Origin: Smithellaceae bacterium
GTDB taxonomy: Bacteria; Desulfobacterota; Syntrophia; Syntrophales; Smithellaceae
Assembly: GCA_963667845.2 (NCBI GenBank)
Contig: CAXXVL010000002.1
Coordinates: forward strand, 2,112,001 to 2,176,000
Length of the DNA: 64,000 nucleotides
Direction of reading: 5' to 3'
Shown here: in pieces, positions 31,425-45,104 of the stretch
How positions within the stretch are numbered: position 1 is the first letter of the stretch
How the letters are laid out: every line of letters begins with the position of its first letter
The notes under the pieces: model-generated
What the model saw: the letters and a program-made list of their open reading frames with translations, nothing else
Database searches by the model: none
Told to the model about the DNA's origin: nothing
Translations under genes and position numbers: made by a program

Positions 31425-31453
31425 TTGACAGTTTTGGCCGGTGGGAGTAGAAG
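31425..31453 (+). promoter_or_regulatory. Putative rRNA promoter P1
   Basis: TTGACA-17bp-TAGAAG with AT-rich upstream region. Confidence 0.55.
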
Positions 31454-31581
31454 CTCACTTCTGTTCGTCAGAGATGTTCTTTTTAGCTTGGTTGAAGTTT
31501 TCAACATGTTCACCGATGGTTTTGCTCTTAGTTGTCGGATGATTCCTGGTTACTGACGGAAAAAAAATTGAAAATTAGTTC

Positions 31582-31610
31582 TTGACAATAAAATCAAATT
31601 GATTTATAAG
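31582..31610 (+). promoter_or_regulatory. Putative rRNA promoter P2, followed by boxA-like GCTCTTTGGAAA at about 31632
   Basis: TTGACA-17bp-TATAAG. Confidence 0.65.
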
Positions 31611-31736
31611 TCAGGGCTCGTTTCAAGAAGGCTCTTTGGAAATTGAATAGTGGGAAAATGAATTTGTGGGTCCTATTAATTTATTGAAATGTCAAGCGAG
31701 TTTAATAAGGAAGATTTATCTTCCTTTACAGGATTA

Positions 31737-33301
<1,565 letters not shown>

Positions 33302-33435
33302 CTAAGGAGTAAGTTTAAGTGAAGCGCTTCGGCGTCTAACAAACTTACAACCAGGTCAAGACCTGCAAATTCTTTCCCACTATTTTCTGATTATCGAGTT
33401 GTACTACCGATAAACTATGTCTATAAGATGACAAA

Positions 33436-33512
<77 letters not shown>

Positions 33513-33553
33513 GTTCAAGGTGTCGCGCTGGTCGGTGGTGAGGATTCGAAGCT

Positions 33554-33629
33554 GGGGGTGTAGCTCAGCTGGGAGAGCGCCTGCCTTGCACGCAGGAGGT
33601 CATCGGTTCGATCCCGTTCACCTCCACCA
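33554..33629 (+). tRNA. tRNA-Ala (TGC)
   Basis: GGGGGTGTAGCTCAG...CTTGCAC...TTCGAT...CCTCCACCA. Confidence 0.98.
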
Positions 33630-33800
33630 GAATATATATATACAGGCTGTAACTGATTGGTCATGCAACTTCGTATGAAAAATCAGTCACCGGCTGCATA
33701 GTTGGTGATTTTGTTCTTTGACAATTGCATATCGTAAAAAGTTTTTTAATTAAATTTGTTGAAAAGCTGAGCAAAAATATTTTGTTGAATAATTATTTAT

Positions 33801-36822
<3,022 letters not shown>

Positions 36823-36911
36823 ATAATAATTATTTATATATGGTCTCATATTTAAATCGTGCTCAATTTTCAACAAAGCGATATGCATTGTCATGCATTT
36901 ATAGAGATAAA

Positions 36912-37028
<117 letters not shown>

Positions 37029-37038
37029 TTAAAACATG

Positions 37039-37071
37039 AAGCCCCTTCGATTTTTCGAAGGGGCTTTTTTT
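37039..37071 (+). terminator. rRNA operon terminator
   Basis: AAGCCCCTTCGA-TTTT-TCGAAGGGGCTT + T run. Confidence 0.9.
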
Positions 37072-37119
37072 GTTGTTAAGAAGTCGCAGGGTTTATTCGT
37101 GCTTGCTTTAAAGACCTGT

Positions 37120-39117
37120 TTAAGGTCGATGAACCTTGATCGCCTGTTTTACATAATTTCTTCTTACGGAAATCGCCGGTACAGGAAAATCGAACCAATC
37201 CTTAATCTCGATAGCCGTACCGATGCCATGCATAAAGTTGTAAACCGCTTTATTCAAACCCGGCGCAAAATCCTGATGCTCACAGCCGCTGAGATCAACA
37301 TGGACGAGATCGTTTCTGGCAAATCCGCCAAAAGGTCGTTCTGATATCGTACAAGAATATTTCTGTGGATTTTTTCCGACATCACTGTGAACCGTCGCTG
37401 TAAAAAGATGCCAGAACGCTGATTGAATCAGCCCTTCGTGAAAGAACTGGCGCACGATCTCCAGGGCATCGATGGTTTCCTCCGGGGTTTGCGTCGGGAA
37501 ACCATACATCAGATACGCATGCACCATAATGCCTGCCTTGGTGAAATGATCGCACACTTGTGCCGCTTGACGAACAGTTACGCCTTTATTCATTAACTTC
37601 AATAGCCGGTCAGAGGCTGTTTCCAACCCGCCGGTTACTGCGATGCAGCCCGATGCTGCCAATAATCTGCAGAGATCTTCGGTGAATGTTTTTTCAAAGC
37701 GGATATTGGTCCACCAGGAAATCGCAATTTTTCGCTTCAGCAATTCTTTGGCCAGATCTTTGAGGACCGCAGGAGGCGCAGCCTCGTCCACAAAATGAAA
37801 ACCATGGTGTCCTGTCTGCGCAATGATCTGTTCGATTCGGTCAACAAGGACTGCGGCAGGCGCACTGTCAAAACGTTTGATATAGGGAAGAGTGGTGTCG
37901 CAGAAAGAGCATCGATGCCAGTAACAGCCATGGGCAATGGTCAGTTTGTTCCAGCAGCCGTCGCTCCACAGGCGGTGCATCGGATTGGCCATTTCAATCA
38001 GCGATAGATATTTATCCAATGGAAGGCCGGAGTAATCCGGACAGCCGGTTTCGGCATGATGAAAATCCGGCTCCTTGTTGTTATGGATAAACTGTACTTC
38101 ATTATCACTCCGGATAAACGTTCTGGTAAAAAGTGGCCGGTGTTGTATGACACCGGCGTTAATTATAGAAGAACCTCTTGTCTTTGCGAGCGGGTGCCCC
38201 GTCTGCGCGGTAATCTCAGGGATTGCTTCACTTCGTTCGCAATGACACAGACGTTCCTTCTGGTTCTTTTCTCCCTGGAGAAACTGAAGGACACTTAAAA
38301 AAGGACGTTCGCCATCATCCAGGGTAATGAAATCCAGATAATCAAAGATGACCGGTTCCGACAAATCCCGAAGTTCCGTGTTCACAAAGCCGCCACCGGC
38401 AATAATTTTGATGTCGGGAAAATGTTTTTTGATAAATTGAGCACATTTTAATCCCGCATAAAGATTTCCGGGAAAAGGCAGGGTGATTCCCATAACATCG
38501 GGACGAACCTGTTCGATATGAGATTTAAGCAATTCCAACAGCCGGACCTCAAGAATGTTTTCCTGAAGCTTTAAGGCTTGCTCAAGCGGAGCAAAAGAAT
38601 GCGCCGATAGTCCCAGCTTTTCAGCATACCGGCTGAAACCGAAATAGGGGGTGACCGCGTCTTTGATGAGATCGCCGACATCTTCAATATAAAGCGTTGC
38701 CAGAAACCGGGCTTGATCATTTATCCCGATGTTTCCGAATGACCATTCCAGATCAGGCACGGAATCAAATCGGGAGGCTCGCGGCAAAAAGGTTTCGTTG
38801 CAGATCCGCTGCGCCAGCGTATTGTCTCGGTATTGCAGGAAACTCATGACCAGGTCTATGGTCTGAATGTATTTTTCTTTATTCTTGAGAATGTGACGGG
38901 AATTTGGAGAAAGCTTCTTGCCTCCCTTACGAATTGATTCGAAGAGTTCTTGAAAACCGTTCCGGGAAAATAGGGCATTAATCAATTCAATCCCGAGGTC
39001 GGCCTGAAATACCTCATAGCCTCGCGATTTCAGAAAGCCTGTCAAATAGGGTGTTGCCGGATAGGGGGTATTCAACTGCGTAAAGGGTGGTGTGATCAGA
39101 AGTATTTTCATAGGCAA
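37120..39117 (-). CDS. B12-binding-domain radical SAM protein
   Basis: PPFTQLNTPYPA, GGGF, LDDGE, GCYWHRCSFC, FVDEA, GGLE, YLMYGFP. Confidence 0.9.
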   Translation of the reverse strand: MPMKILLITPPFTQLNTPYPATPYLTGFLKSRGYEVFQADLGIELINALFSRNGFQELFESIRKGGKKLSPNSRHILKNKEKYIQTIDLVMSFLQYRDNTLAQRICNETFLPRASRFDSVPDLEWSFGNIGINDQARFLATLYIEDVGDLIKDAVTPYFGFSRYAEKLGLSAHSFAPLEQALKLQENILEVRLLELLKSHIEQVRPDVMGITLPFPGNLYAGLKCAQFIKKHFPDIKIIAGGGFVNTELRDLSEPVIFDYLDFITLDDGERPFLSVLQFLQGEKNQKERLCHCERSEAIPEITAQTGHPLAKTRGSSIINAGVIQHRPLFTRTFIRSDNEVQFIHNNKEPDFHHAETGCPDYSGLPLDKYLSLIEMANPMHRLWSDGCWNKLTIAHGCYWHRCSFCDTTLPYIKRFDSAPAAVLVDRIEQIIAQTGHHGFHFVDEAAPPAVLKDLAKELLKRKIAISWWTNIRFEKTFTEDLCRLLAASGCIAVTGGLETASDRLLKLMNKGVTVRQAAQVCDHFTKAGIMVHAYLMYGFPTQTPEETIDALEIVRQFFHEGLIQSAFWHLFTATVHSDVGKNPQKYSCTISERPFGGFARNDLVHVDLSGCEHQDFAPGLNKAVYNFMHGIGTAIEIKDWFDFPVPAISVRRNYVKQAIKVHRP
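38179..38247. mobile_element. 69-bp palindromic (RPE/REP-like) element inserted in frame within the radical SAM gene
   Basis: Inverted ends TGTC(T)TTGCGA...TCGCAATGACA with internal GATTGCTTCACTTCGTTCGC; reads CHCERSEAI... in the host frame. Confidence 0.75.
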
Positions 39118-39423
39118 TGAATGTCTGCTTTTGGCGCAACAATGCGGAATTTAAAAGTCTCTGTATTTATACAATTTGCCAGAAGCTTTTACAATTGGTA
39201 AAATATCGCAAACAAACCATTAATAACTGCCAGAAATAACGGGAGTGTTCCCTGTATGGAATTTGAGGGATTTGATGCCTTTTTGGTGAGTTCAAATAAC
39301 CGTTATTGCCTCGCAGTCGGGGAGGAACAATGACGCCCTGACGAGGATGAGAAGTGCAATGGTCCGTAATTGAAAATCTTTCCATACCCTCTGAAAGGTG
39401 GTAACTCACAAGTGCCGTTGTGT

Positions 39424-39524
39424 TAAATCCCGCCGCTGCGGGATGAGTGTTAATTCTCCGCAGCTTACTGCGATATAACGACGTTCATTTCAAACCTCGA
39501 CAGCTTGCTGAGAGGTGGTTGATT
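39424..39524 (+). repeat. Palindromic intergenic element, long form, copy D
   Basis: TAAATCCCGCCGCTGCGGGATGAGTGTTAATTCTCCGCAGCTTACTGCGA...ACCTCGACAGCTTGCTGAGAGGTGGTTGATT. Confidence 0.85.
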
Positions 39525-39543
39525 AAATTACGGGGACTGCTTT

Positions 39544-41409
39544 TTGAAAAAAATAACGCTTATACTGGTATCCATTCACATCAAGGACTCACCGCAGGCT
39601 GTTCCTCTCGCTGCGGCCACCCTTAAGGCGCAGCTCGATTCTGTACCGGCAATCAAACTGGGGCTGGATGTATCCTTCAGAGATTACACTGTCGATGAGT
39701 CAGTGGATTTTATATTTGAGGACCTTTGCAGAAACATTCCGGATATGATCGGCTTTTCCACATACCTGTGGAACAGGCACATCGTTCTCGAAGTCTGCCG
39801 ACTCATCAAGAGGAAATTCCCGGCTGTAAAACTCTTTGCCGGCGGTGCAGAGGCAACGGCACTTCCGCTAATGCTGCTCGACCGCGCACCCTTTGACTTT
39901 GTCATCAAAGGGGAAGGGGAGATCGTGCTGACAGAAGTCATGAACCGGCTGATAAACGGTGAATCACTGAAAGCCATCCCCGGGGTCTTTTTTAAAGGTG
40001 CAAAGCTTAATCCGGAGAAAGACCAGCAGCCCGTCATGGACCTCAACGTGCCGCCCTCGCCATATCTGACCGGAACAATTGATCCGCGCCGGTATTCCGG
40101 CCTGTTATGGGAACTTTCCCGCGGTTGTCCTTTTAAATGTGGCTTTTGTTTCGAATCACGGGGTGTAGCAGGCGTCCGACAGATCTCTCTAGAACGGATC
40201 CGGAAAGAACTGGAACTCTTCGAAGAAAAAAAAGTAAACCAGGTCTTTGTACTGGACCCGACTTTCAACTGCGACAAGAAGCGTGCAAAAAAGATTCTGC
40301 GCATGATTCTAAAAATTGCACCAACGATTCATTTTACTTTTGAAATAAGAGCAGAGTTTATCGACCGTGAAATCGCCGAACTCTTTGCCGGGATTAACTG
40401 CAGCCTCCAGATTGGACTGGAGAGTGCCATTCCGGAAGTCCTCGCCGAAGTAAACAGAACAATCGACATAGTTAAATTTGCTGAAAAGATATCGCTCCTC
40501 AACTCAGCCGGTGTCATTTTCGGGCTTGATCTGATCTACGGGCTTCCGGGTGACACACTCGATGGATTCAAAGAGAGCCTGAATTATGCTCTGGGATTGC
40601 AGCCGAATCATCTCGATATTTTTCCTCTGGCCGTTATTCCGGGGACCGCCCTTTATGATCAGGCAGAATGCTTCTTGCTGAACTTTCTTCCGGATGCTCC
40701 TTACACGTTAATTTCTTCACCCGGTTTTTCGGAATCAGAAATGGCGCAGGCTCTCGACCTGAAAAAGGCCTGTGAAATTTTTTACAACCGCGGGGGTGCT
40801 GCGGGCTGGATGTTCATGGTCCTGGAAACCCTCGACTTAAAGCCCGCCGATTTTCTTTTAACTTTTGCAGTGTATTTGTCATCATGTGAACAATCTCTTC
40901 GGCTTACAAGAGAGGAAATTACCGTTTGGCAATCCTCTTTTGTCAGGGAGCAGTTCATCAGATACAACAAAAAAAAACTTTTTCCGGTCATGGAGGATAT
41001 CATCGCTATTCATGGCGCATTGAACCGTTCGCTCTATGCCGGGCCGCTCGTTTCGGCAGGCGAAAACAAGTTTAATGATGAAACCGTATTTAGTTTATCC
41101 TCCGGGACTATTTTGCTTTCCTTAAAATATGATTTCAATGAGCTCATGAATGTAGGTGAACTTACCTTTGAAGAATTCATTGATTGCTATTGCCCTCGGA
41201 AAACGTACCTGATTGTTTATAATTGCGGCGGCGCCGTTAAAACAGTGATCATCGATCATATGATAAACAGGCTGCTTGCCTCATTTACAGGTGTCGAAAC
41301 ACTCGGGCAGGTCGGCGGAAAGAAAAATATACATTCCCGCAAGCATATTCATGAATTTCTTGAATTTGCTCTGCAAGAACAGATACTCTATATCGCGCAA
41401 TACATTTAG
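39544..41409 (+). CDS. B12-binding-domain radical SAM protein (TTG start)
   Basis: GFSTYLWN, GGAE, KGEGE, ELSRGCPFKCGFC, LDPTFN, IGLES, DLIYGLPGD. Confidence 0.9.
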   Translation: MKKITLILVSIHIKDSPQAVPLAAATLKAQLDSVPAIKLGLDVSFRDYTVDESVDFIFEDLCRNIPDMIGFSTYLWNRHIVLEVCRLIKRKFPAVKLFAGGAEATALPLMLLDRAPFDFVIKGEGEIVLTEVMNRLINGESLKAIPGVFFKGAKLNPEKDQQPVMDLNVPPSPYLTGTIDPRRYSGLLWELSRGCPFKCGFCFESRGVAGVRQISLERIRKELELFEEKKVNQVFVLDPTFNCDKKRAKKILRMILKIAPTIHFTFEIRAEFIDREIAELFAGINCSLQIGLESAIPEVLAEVNRTIDIVKFAEKISLLNSAGVIFGLDLIYGLPGDTLDGFKESLNYALGLQPNHLDIFPLAVIPGTALYDQAECFLLNFLPDAPYTLISSPGFSESEMAQALDLKKACEIFYNRGGAAGWMFMVLETLDLKPADFLLTFAVYLSSCEQSLRLTREEITVWQSSFVREQFIRYNKKKLFPVMEDIIAIHGALNRSLYAGPLVSAGENKFNDETVFSLSSGTILLSLKYDFNELMNVGELTFEEFIDCYCPRKTYLIVYNCGGAVKTVIIDHMINRLLASFTGVETLGQVGGKKNIHSRKHIHEFLEFALQEQILYIAQYI

Positions 41410-41795
41410 CTCTTGTTATTAAATCTTGAACCTTTCTTTTTGCTGTCAAAGCTTCATCTACATCTGCTTTTAAAACAACTTCACTGCAGCTGCCATAAGT
41501 CCTTCTTTTATTCTCAACTGAAAGCATTGGATTCAAATTATTAGCGGGGGAAAGAATCTATGCAAAAGGCGGGCGCAAAAGAGGGACAATAGAAACCGCC
41601 GAATAAGATTGACAGACTTAAATATTTTTATTAGAAAACATACGTTTGTTTTAGCCATTGAATTAAAAACACACACAAGTATATTAAATAATTAAGAAAG
41701 GAGGAAAATTAATCCAGTTATTTGCTGAAAATTTAATAGAATTTAGAATGATAATGGACACTCAATGATTTCAATAATCAAGAAGGAGATTGCGG

Positions 41796-43271
41796 ATGAA
41801 AAGTATCAGAAAAGGTGTTATTTTTTTCGCGTTTGTTCTTTCAATTCTTTTATTATCATCTTTAAACCCATCATCGGTCTTTGCTGCAAAAGCTGAAAAA
41901 AAAGCAAAAACGGTTAAGACAGAGCAGACGATCAAGGCCAATGCCGCTTTTGACGTTAACAAAATGAGCGACATGTCTGATTATGATCCTGCCAATCCCG
42001 TCATTCCCGAAGGCGATACCATCAAAATAGCGGTTGTGGCGGCTTTTTCCGGCCCAAGCGCTTTTAACGGCATGAGCTATTTCTTCATTGCCCAATGGGT
42101 TGCCCATGATATCAATAAACGGGGCGGTCTGATGGTCGATGGAAAAAGGAGGATGATTCAAGTTCTCAAAGCCGATCATATGTCTAAGGCTGATCAGTGC
42201 AAGAAGGTCGCTGAAAGAATGGCTCTCCAGGAAAAAGTTCATTTCTTCTGGGGTACGGACGGCAGCCATTTCATGAAGATCATCAATGAAACGGCCAGCA
42301 AATATAAGATTATTGCTCTTAATGTTCCCTGTCTGTCCGATGACCTGCAGGATGCCACAAATTTCTCCCGCTACGCCTTCCATTCATCGTATTCAACGGA
42401 ACAGATTGCCCGTGGGCTGGCATACTTCTATGGTCAGATCCGCAAAAAAGAGAAAAAATTCTATATTTTGAATCAGGATTATGCTTTTGGTCACATCCTG
42501 GCGGAGAATTTCAAGAAGGGATTGGCTGAATATTATCCCGGGGCGCAGGTTGTCGGTGAAGATTTCCATAAACTTTTCCTGACGGATTACGCGCCTTATC
42601 TGGAGAAAGTCAGGGCCTCCGGGGCCGAAGTCATTTTCACGGGCGATTGGCTCCCCGATGCCGGCAATCTTCTCAAGCAGTCCCGCCAGATGGGGCTGAA
42701 GCTGCCTTTCGCCAATGTCTACATGGATAACCAGAATTTCCTCAATGAGGTCGGTGTCGAAGGAACGAAGGGACTTATCAATATCAGTTCCTATAGTGTG
42801 CCGAATCCGTATTTCAAAAGCAAAGAAGAAATCAAGTTTTACAATACCTGGCTCAATCTCTGGAAAAATAAATGGAAAACATCGCCTTTCAACACGATTG
42901 CCTACCAGCACGCCACCGCAAACGGCGCGGTCTGGATGATGCAGACCTATTGGCTCTTCAGCGTTGTTGAACGGGCAGCAAGTTTAGATCCCGAAAAGAT
43001 CATCAAAGTCTGGGAAAATGATTCGTATCGTTTTGTGAATGGTAAGGTGATCAAGATGAGAGCCTGCGATCACAAAGCGGTTCAGGATCTTGCCATCGTC
43101 GAATACGTGCCACCGGAGGAGCAGAAAGTGTCCTTCAATATTCCTCCTTACTATTGGTTTAAAAATGCTTCCTACACCGGACCGGTTTACAGAATTCCGG
43201 CGGAAAAAATCCTTCCCTGGATGGACCAGAATCTGGATCGGTGCAAGGGTAAAAATGGCTGGGGCGAATAA
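41796..43271 (+). CDS. Orphan ABC-type substrate-binding protein (LivJ/Peripla_BP_6-like)
   Basis: Signal peptide; TIKIAVVAAFSGP, INKRGG, QDYAFGH, TDYAPYL. Confidence 0.85.
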   Translation: MKSIRKGVIFFAFVLSILLLSSLNPSSVFAAKAEKKAKTVKTEQTIKANAAFDVNKMSDMSDYDPANPVIPEGDTIKIAVVAAFSGPSAFNGMSYFFIAQWVAHDINKRGGLMVDGKRRMIQVLKADHMSKADQCKKVAERMALQEKVHFFWGTDGSHFMKIINETASKYKIIALNVPCLSDDLQDATNFSRYAFHSSYSTEQIARGLAYFYGQIRKKEKKFYILNQDYAFGHILAENFKKGLAEYYPGAQVVGEDFHKLFLTDYAPYLEKVRASGAEVIFTGDWLPDAGNLLKQSRQMGLKLPFANVYMDNQNFLNEVGVEGTKGLINISSYSVPNPYFKSKEEIKFYNTWLNLWKNKWKTSPFNTIAYQHATANGAVWMMQTYWLFSVVERAASLDPEKIIKVWENDSYRFVNGKVIKMRACDHKAVQDLAIVEYVPPEEQKVSFNIPPYYWFKNASYTGPVYRIPAEKILPWMDQNLDRCKGKNGWGE

Positions 43272-43292
43272 ATCGCCCGATGAAATATGGAG

Positions 43293-43325
43293 ATCAGGAA
43301 CGGGACTTCTTTTTCCGTTCCTGAT
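43293..43325 (+). terminator. Hairpin after the substrate-binding protein gene
   Basis: ATCAGGAACGG...CCGTTCCTGAT inverted repeat. Confidence 0.5.
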
Positions 43326-43477
43326 CACTTCCATTTCGGATCACTATCTTGGATGAACAGCCTGCGCGTGAGGCGTCCGGTTGTGTGATTGTGCCGACGC
43401 GTTCCGGAAATCGGCCTATGCAGGAGAAATTGCGCCGACAAAATCTGCCCGAAAAAGCGATGGAAACTCTGTACGGA

Positions 43478-43590
43478 TTTAGGTTCTGTCGCAAGAAAAC
43501 AAAATCTGTTCCCATCCCGGACGCGGAAGTCAAGCTCCTTTGTACCGGTGGTGCTCATGCGTGATGATGAGAGAGAACGTGCCGCCGGAT
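43478..43590 (+). pseudogene. Degenerate 5S rRNA copy
   Basis: GTTCCCATCCCGGACGCGGAAGTCAAGCTCCTT and GTGCCGCCGGATTTAAAACAT are colinear with the 5S at 36912-37037 but carry many substitutions. Confidence 0.85.
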
Positions 43591-43600
43591 TTAAAACATA

Positions 43601-43630
43601 AAGCCCCTTCGAACAACCGAAGGGGCTTTT
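43601..43630 (+). terminator. Duplicated rRNA-operon terminator
   Basis: AAGCCCCTTCG-AACAAC-CGAAGGGGCTTTT, same stem as 37039-37071. Confidence 0.85.
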
Positions 43631-43649
43631 GCTGTTAATGAGACTCAAA

Positions 43650-43915
43650 TTTCAGAAACGCAGTGCGCTGAAATTTGTAAGTCGAATTATCCCGCGAGCA
43701 AAGCGAGCAGGGATTAATGACACCTTGTTTTCTTTGGTTTCAGAAACGCAGTGCGCTGAAATTTGTAAGTCGAATTATCCCGCGAGCAAGGCGAGCAGGG
43801 ATTAATGACACCTTGTTTTCTTTGGTTTCAGAAACGCAGTGCGCTGAAATTTGTAAGTCGAATTATCCCGCGAGCAAAGTATGCCATGGATCAATGGCAC
43901 ACCTTGCTTTTTTCA
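43650..43915. repeat. 88-bp tandem repeat: two near-identical copies plus a third diverging in its 3' part
   Basis: CAGAAACGCAGTGCGCTG recurs at 43653, 43741, 43829. Confidence 0.95.
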
Positions 43916-43951
43916 GGGGTTCAGATAAGCCGTTAAATCTCCCAGATTCTC

Positions 43952-44236
43952 TTAGTTTTTAGCTTTTGTCTCACCTTCACCTTCTTCAAATCGCTTATAC
44001 CTGATCATTCGTTCGTTGCTTGAGCTGCTGGTGCTCGTCTGATCGGCGTCTACCTTATCCTTGCTTCTCTTGGAAGATAGTCTGTTTTCTTTCTTCACGG
44101 GGGATGTTGCAGTATTCCCCTGCTGTTTTTCGAGAGAGACTTCATTTTGAATTGTTATTTTCCCTGCAAGGACGACGCCCGAAAAAGCGAGGAATATACA
44201 GGTCATTAAAACGATTATTAGATATTTCTTCATCAT
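43952..44236 (-). CDS. Small secreted hypothetical protein
   Basis: RBS GGGAGG, signal peptide MMKKYLIIVLMTCIFLAFSGVVLA, low-complexity charged tail. Confidence 0.6.
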   Translation of the reverse strand: MMKKYLIIVLMTCIFLAFSGVVLAGKITIQNEVSLEKQQGNTATSPVKKENRLSSKRSKDKVDADQTSTSSSSNERMIRYKRFEEGEGETKAKN

Positions 44237-44250
44237 CAGCCTCCCATGGC

Positions 44251-44859
44251 TCAATTAACGTAAAGTGTCAGCAACGTCAGAGAACTGACAATATTCGAAT
44301 AATAGAAAGAATCAGGCCCATTGTTCCAGACGATCCGGACGTCGTAGGAATCGGCAGGAAGATCATAAAAATGAATAAAAGCACCCGGTGCAATACTTGA
44401 CGTTATTTGATTTGGACCCCAACTGCCGGAGCCCGTGGGTGAAATGTATATTCCGTCGATATAAAAGCCGGCCGTATCATTAACAATCTTAAGTGACCCT
44501 GAAAAATCAGAATTGTACGCGACCAAATCCGTTGTCTCCCAGGGATAGATGGGAATATCATAGGCATATGCGTAATAAGTACTGAACGTTCCTATAATCG
44601 TAGCTTTCGCGTCATAGGCGCCGGAGAGGATTCCTGTCAGGGTATAACTTGTGCCGGAGGGGACGGGCGCTCCCAAACGATTCGGTCCCCATGTGGGTTC
44701 GCTAACGGGTGTAAGATAAAAGGCGTTTATGGTTAATGATGTATTATTGTATAAAGTAAGATCGCCGGTTCCGAAAAATGGATCTTCCCAATCCGTGCAA
44801 CTGACGATGACGCTCAAGAAAACGAGGGCGAAGAGAATCAGAATTCCTTTTTTATACAT
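44251..44859 (-). CDS. Lipoprotein with two tandem beta-sandwich repeats
   Basis: Lipobox IVSC; duplicated motif GxLxxxNxT...I...Y.(T/S)P.....WGPN......YD. Confidence 0.75.
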   Translation of the reverse strand: MYKKGILILFALVFLSVIVSCTDWEDPFFGTGDLTLYNNTSLTINAFYLTPVSEPTWGPNRLGAPVPSGTSYTLTGILSGAYDAKATIIGTFSTYYAYAYDIPIYPWETTDLVAYNSDFSGSLKIVNDTAGFYIDGIYISPTGSGSWGPNQITSSIAPGAFIHFYDLPADSYDVRIVWNNGPDSFYYSNIVSSLTLLTLYVN

Positions 44860-45104
44860 GAATTCCCTCCTTAATACCGGAATTGAATTCTGGGGAAAGT
44901 TTAGTCTTAAGAAAGCACGAAGTCAACCACACTTCGAAAGGATGCAGAAACGTATAATGGAGCAGAATGGGTTATGAATACGCGGAAAAATGCGGGGGAC
45001 GGTTGAAAAATCCCCCGCATTGATTCGTTTTGCTTCTCAATCAGACCGATGAGCGATCCGTTCACGAATGAATCCGCAACCACGAACAAGCCCGGTCAGT
45101 CGTG

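Noticed and set aside
39118..39543. Cobalamin riboswitch between the B12 radical SAM genes
   Set aside because: Conserved riboswitch core motifs not recognisable; only repeat D and a small hairpin are present
43894..43908. Sigma54 promoter-like TGGCACACCTTGC
   Set aside because: GG-GC spacing is 8, not 10, and it is a variant of the tandem repeat unit
43650..43915. CRISPR array
   Set aside because: Units are near-identical over the whole 88 bp, with no unique spacers and no cas genes in the window
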